Shown in pieces: positions 51,299 to 54,763 of a stretch of DNA of 54,763 nt. The notes under the pieces are model-generated. The model ran no database searches. It had not been told where the DNA came from and saw only the letters and a program-made list of their open reading frames with translations. Numbering within the stretch: position 1 is the first letter of the stretch; every line of letters starts with the position of its first letter. The translations under genes and the position numbers were made by a program. The DNA comes from Chiloscyllium plagiosum (taxonomy: Eukaryota), in NCBI RefSeq assembly GCF_004010195.1, contig NW_025215027.1:1-54763 (forward strand), written 5' to 3'.

Positions 51299-52972
51299 GT
51301 GAGGTCATTTCTTTTTTCAAATCTCTAAATGGAAACTAATTAATAGTTTTAAATGACTAAATTCTGTGGAAATGCCTTGGTCTTACTGCAGATGATTTTC
51401 CATTTCCTCTCCTGTTTAATGTACAACAAATTTAAGATGTCAGAAGTCTTCCTTGTAAGTCTTCTGCCTTGCATATGATTTTGATAAACATCAAGCATCT
51501 GTTGGTTTTTAAACTTTCTAAATATTTGGGTCACTGTTTCCAGAGTTTGTGCTGTTACCATTCTGTTAGAAGCCACTGGTAAGAATTGCATATGGTGTCA
51601 TGTTTAAAGAGTTCTACTGTTCTAATAAATATGAAATGAACATCAACTGAAAGTTATTTAGTGGGTTTAATTAGTCCACTAAGCTACAGAATAGGCAGTT
51701 CCTCACTAACCAGTGAACACAATAATAAACCAAAAGCTTTTTGCCACATCTCTACTCCACAGCGCACACTCAGCAGATAGGTATTCTTGTAGCTAAAGCT
51801 CCAAATTTTTCGTGGCCATCAAAAGATTCTCTTCTCTTTATTAAATCCAGGGTAAGTTTTCCATGTCTTTTTAAATGCCATTTCTGAGTATAATCAAATT
51901 AACTTCCAGCAGCAATGCACCAACCTTGGTCTCTGAAGTCTATTTTTGTATCTTTTTATTTTACTTTATTTTTGAATGTGGCCTACATTAGGAGAAGGAC
52001 AGTTTTAAACAAAGGGCTGAGGAAGGAATTGCTGTACTTTTTAAAAGTAATTTACTGAAATTCATTGTGGGTCATTTTTGACTGTTGTTTTGCAAGCAAC
52101 GGGAGATGATTAATAGGAGACATCATGGCCACAGAGTGTCTACATTCAGAGATTTGGCTAGTAACAGGTTGTTGATTGGTTTGTGGAACTGAATTCATTT
52201 CTAGGTCATCAGCATGATGACAACTCTACGATTGGCTCTTGGGTTACTAAACATCTTGTAGGGGTGAATGTTAGTGAGAAGCCTTTGGACTCTGGAAGGG
52301 GCAGTGGTGTGTGTAGTCAAATACCTGAAGCTAAAGAAAGCCAGTTATTATAAGCTATTGCTTTTAACCAGTAAGTCAAGCCTGCTATGAAGAAGTGAAA
52401 TAAATGTGAAGTAAAAGCTAAGAGAGCTAAAGGACTTTGAGAAACAAAGGGAACTATCTATTAATTCCTGTGGACAGGTGCCATTGAATTGTTTCCTCAG
52501 TATATTTTCCCCTCTATCAGTAACACCATTTTTCTTTTCTTTATCTGTCTCTGTGTAGGAGTATTTGAGTTTTAATTAGTAGAGTTACATGTTCAAACTC
52601 ATGTTTATTTGTGGTTAGAACATTACTTATTTGTAGTAAATAGTAATTAAGTACAGAAAACTGATCCATGTTTTCAATTAATCCAAGTCTGTCAGGGAGG
52701 TAAATTGCAGACCTTACTTGCACAAAAGTTAAAGCTTGTATCACAATTTCAGGAATCTCAGGACTTGATTTCCAGTGTGCTACCCCAGTGAGGCATAGAA
52801 AGAACAGAACATCGGTACTACACTGAGGAAGAACCACTGGAACTCAAACAATAACTCTGCTTTCTTCCCAAGGATGCTGCCAGACCTGCTGGGTTTCTAT
52901 CGTGATTTCTGTTTTTATTTCTGACATTCTTTGGGGCTAGGTATAAAAACTGGTGCTTGAATTTCTATAAAC

Positions 52973-53199
52973 CATAAACCAGCTCTACATTGGCTCAAAA
53001 TCAAAATACTATAGCTGTTGGAAAATGAAATTAAAACCACGTCCTGGAGAAATTAACTAGGTAAAAACAAGGACTGCAGATGCTGGCAACCAGATTCTGG
53101 ATTAGAGTGGTGCTGGAAAAGCACAGCAGTTCAGACAGCATCCGAGGAGCAGGAAAATCGATGTTTTGGGCAAAGGCCCTTCATCAGGAATACAGGAGA
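52973..53199. repeat. 227-bp direct repeat, copy 1 (copy 2 at 54401-54627); includes a hammerhead-type mini-element
   Basis: cataaaccagctctacattgg..ccttcatcaggaatacaggaga occurs twice with ~4 mismatches. Confidence 0.93.
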
Positions 53200-53543
53200 T
53201 GTGTTGTAACCTTGGGTCTCTGACCTAATGGGGCACATCAGTTGTGTCTGTTCACAGGCACAGTTCACCATGCTCCATTCCAGGACATTTTGCTTTACCC
53301 TAATTTTAAAAAGAATGTTTAAACATAACTATCTTACAAAGGCCCATATTCATAACACTAATGAAAGTCATTTATATTTTCAGCCTTTGATACCATCCAG
53401 TTTTTCTTTTTAGGAGATACGTAACAAGTCTTTCCCTAATCCAGAGATCAGTCCAACTTATTGTATAGTTTTAGTTTAATGAACGTTATGTTTCTTGTAT
53501 TTCTGAGTAAGAATGAAAATTCTTTATTTTGTTGTACCCACAG

Positions 53544-53742
53544 CATGTTGCCCCTGTTGCTGAAGGATGGACTGCTCCTTCCTTACACTGTTACCTCTTT
53601 GGCCTTCCTCCTCATCACAACAACATTTCTGTCAGCCTTTGAAAAAGTATCATTGGAGGATCTGCAACTCGAACAATTTTCTCAGGGAGTGAGGAAGTGC
53701 ATTCCACACTTTATAATTCCACCGTGTCTTGCAAAACTTGCA
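53544..53742 (+). CDS. ALG6: ALG6 penultimate-type coding exon (199 nt)
   Basis: cag|C-MLPLLLKDGLLLPYTVTSLAFLLITTTFLSAFEKVSLEDLQLEQFSQGVRKCIPHFIIPPCLAKLA|gtgagt; matches human SMLPLLLKDELLMPSVVT..FEKTSEEELQL. Confidence 0.95.
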
Positions 53743-53750
53743 GTGAGTAA

Positions 53751-53959
53751 TGATTCAGAGGTGCTGGTGTTGGACTGGGGTGGACAAAGTTAAAAAAATT
53801 ACACAACACCAGGTTATAGTCCAACAGGTTTATTTGGAATCACTAGCTTTTGGAGCACTGCTTCTTCAACCACCTGATGAAAAAGCAGCGCTTCAAAAGC
53901 TAGTGCTTCCAAATAAACCTGTTGGACTATAACCTGGTGTTGTGTGATTTTTTTTAACT
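53751..53959. mobile_element. Hairpin mini-element with decayed hammerhead whose TSD duplicates the ALG6 donor
   Basis: Arms acacaacaccaggttatagtccaacaggtttatttggaa / ttccaaataaacctgttggactataacctggtgttgtgt; CAC-CUGAUGA..AAAGCUA-GUG at 53871-53905; TSD ttgcagtgagtaa (53738-53750) and ttgcagtaagtaa (53960-53972). Confidence 0.88.
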
Positions 53960-54400
53960 TTGCAGTAAGTAAATAATTACTTTTTGAAAATCATTTGGTT
54001 TAAATTTGTTTTGAAATGAGCACTGGAATCACACCTTTACCTACTACATATCGGGCCTTGATTCAAAACCAGTTTAGATAAATTCAATAATTGAATGTTA
54101 AGTAGTAGTAAATTGGCCATGAGGATGGCTGGTGTAGGAAATAGAAAACATCACAACACTGTGACATTTGATGTTATGCTGCTGAAGCAGTGGAGCATGA
54201 GCTTTACTTTGACTATTATTCATAGTAATTAATGTGGAAGTGTTTAACGTTAACAGTGTCAAAAATGGGGTCAGACATTTAATTTCCTTTTTTTATATCT
54301 TTATGAATTATAAATAGGTCTTCACAGGAGATTAATCTTCAGGTGTTTTAGCCCAGTTATGTTATTTCAGAATCACAACACAAACTGACCATACACTTGG

Positions 54401-54627
54401 CATAAACCAGCTCTACATTGGCTCAAAACCAAAATACTATAGCTGTTGGAAAATGAAATTAAAACCACGTCCTGGAGAAATTAACTAGGTAAAAACAAGG
54501 ACTGCAGATGCTGGCAACCAGATTCTGGACTAGATTGGTGCTGGAAAAGCACAGCAGTTCAGACAGCATCCGAGGAGCAGGAAAATCGATGTTTTGGGCA
54601 AAAGCCCTTCATCAGGAATACAGGAGA
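54401..54627. repeat. 227-bp direct repeat, copy 2
   Basis: As 52973-53199; here the inner mini-element keeps both ggagaaattaa flanks and the host repeat continues downstream. Confidence 0.93.
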
Positions 54628-54763
54628 AATTAAGCAAGTCTGTCAGCATTTATGACGAGAGGTACAGAGTTAACTTTTCAAGTCCAATGTGACGACTTCA
54701 GAAATATTACTCAAAAGATGCATAAGTGGCTGTAGTGGAGGAGGGAATATTAGGAGAAAATTT

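Overview
Eukaryotic DNA, very likely from a cartilaginous fish (shark-type CR1 LINEs, HE1/V-SINE and Deu-SINE remnants, Penelope-like elements, GPR139-like receptor). It falls into three blocks that do not obviously belong together. (1) ~1-21.3 kb is an AT-rich but only weakly CpG-depleted block holding a two-exon, multiply disabled GPR139-like GPCR pseudogene (exon 1 at 1098-1164, exon 2 at 10460-11347, its upstream region tandemly duplicated) among decayed CR1, Rex1/Babar and Penelope elements. (2) ~21.3-38.5 kb has a CpG-island divergent promoter, a probable RIOK1 exon 1 (+), a candidate CAGE1-like exon (-) and a near full-length Poseidon-type Penelope element. (3) ~43-54.7 kb has three clear late coding exons of ALG6 (+), with no earlier ALG6 exons or later RIOK1 exons recognisable. 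The most striking cross-cutting signal is a set of ~90-220 bp Penelope-terminus-derived mini-insertions from three or four families. They carry minimal hammerhead ribozyme motifs, some form head-to-head hairpins with 13-14 bp target-site duplications, one splits another element's hammerhead, and one duplicates an ALG6 splice donor. All identifications come from manual reading and recalled family motifs; no database search was run.
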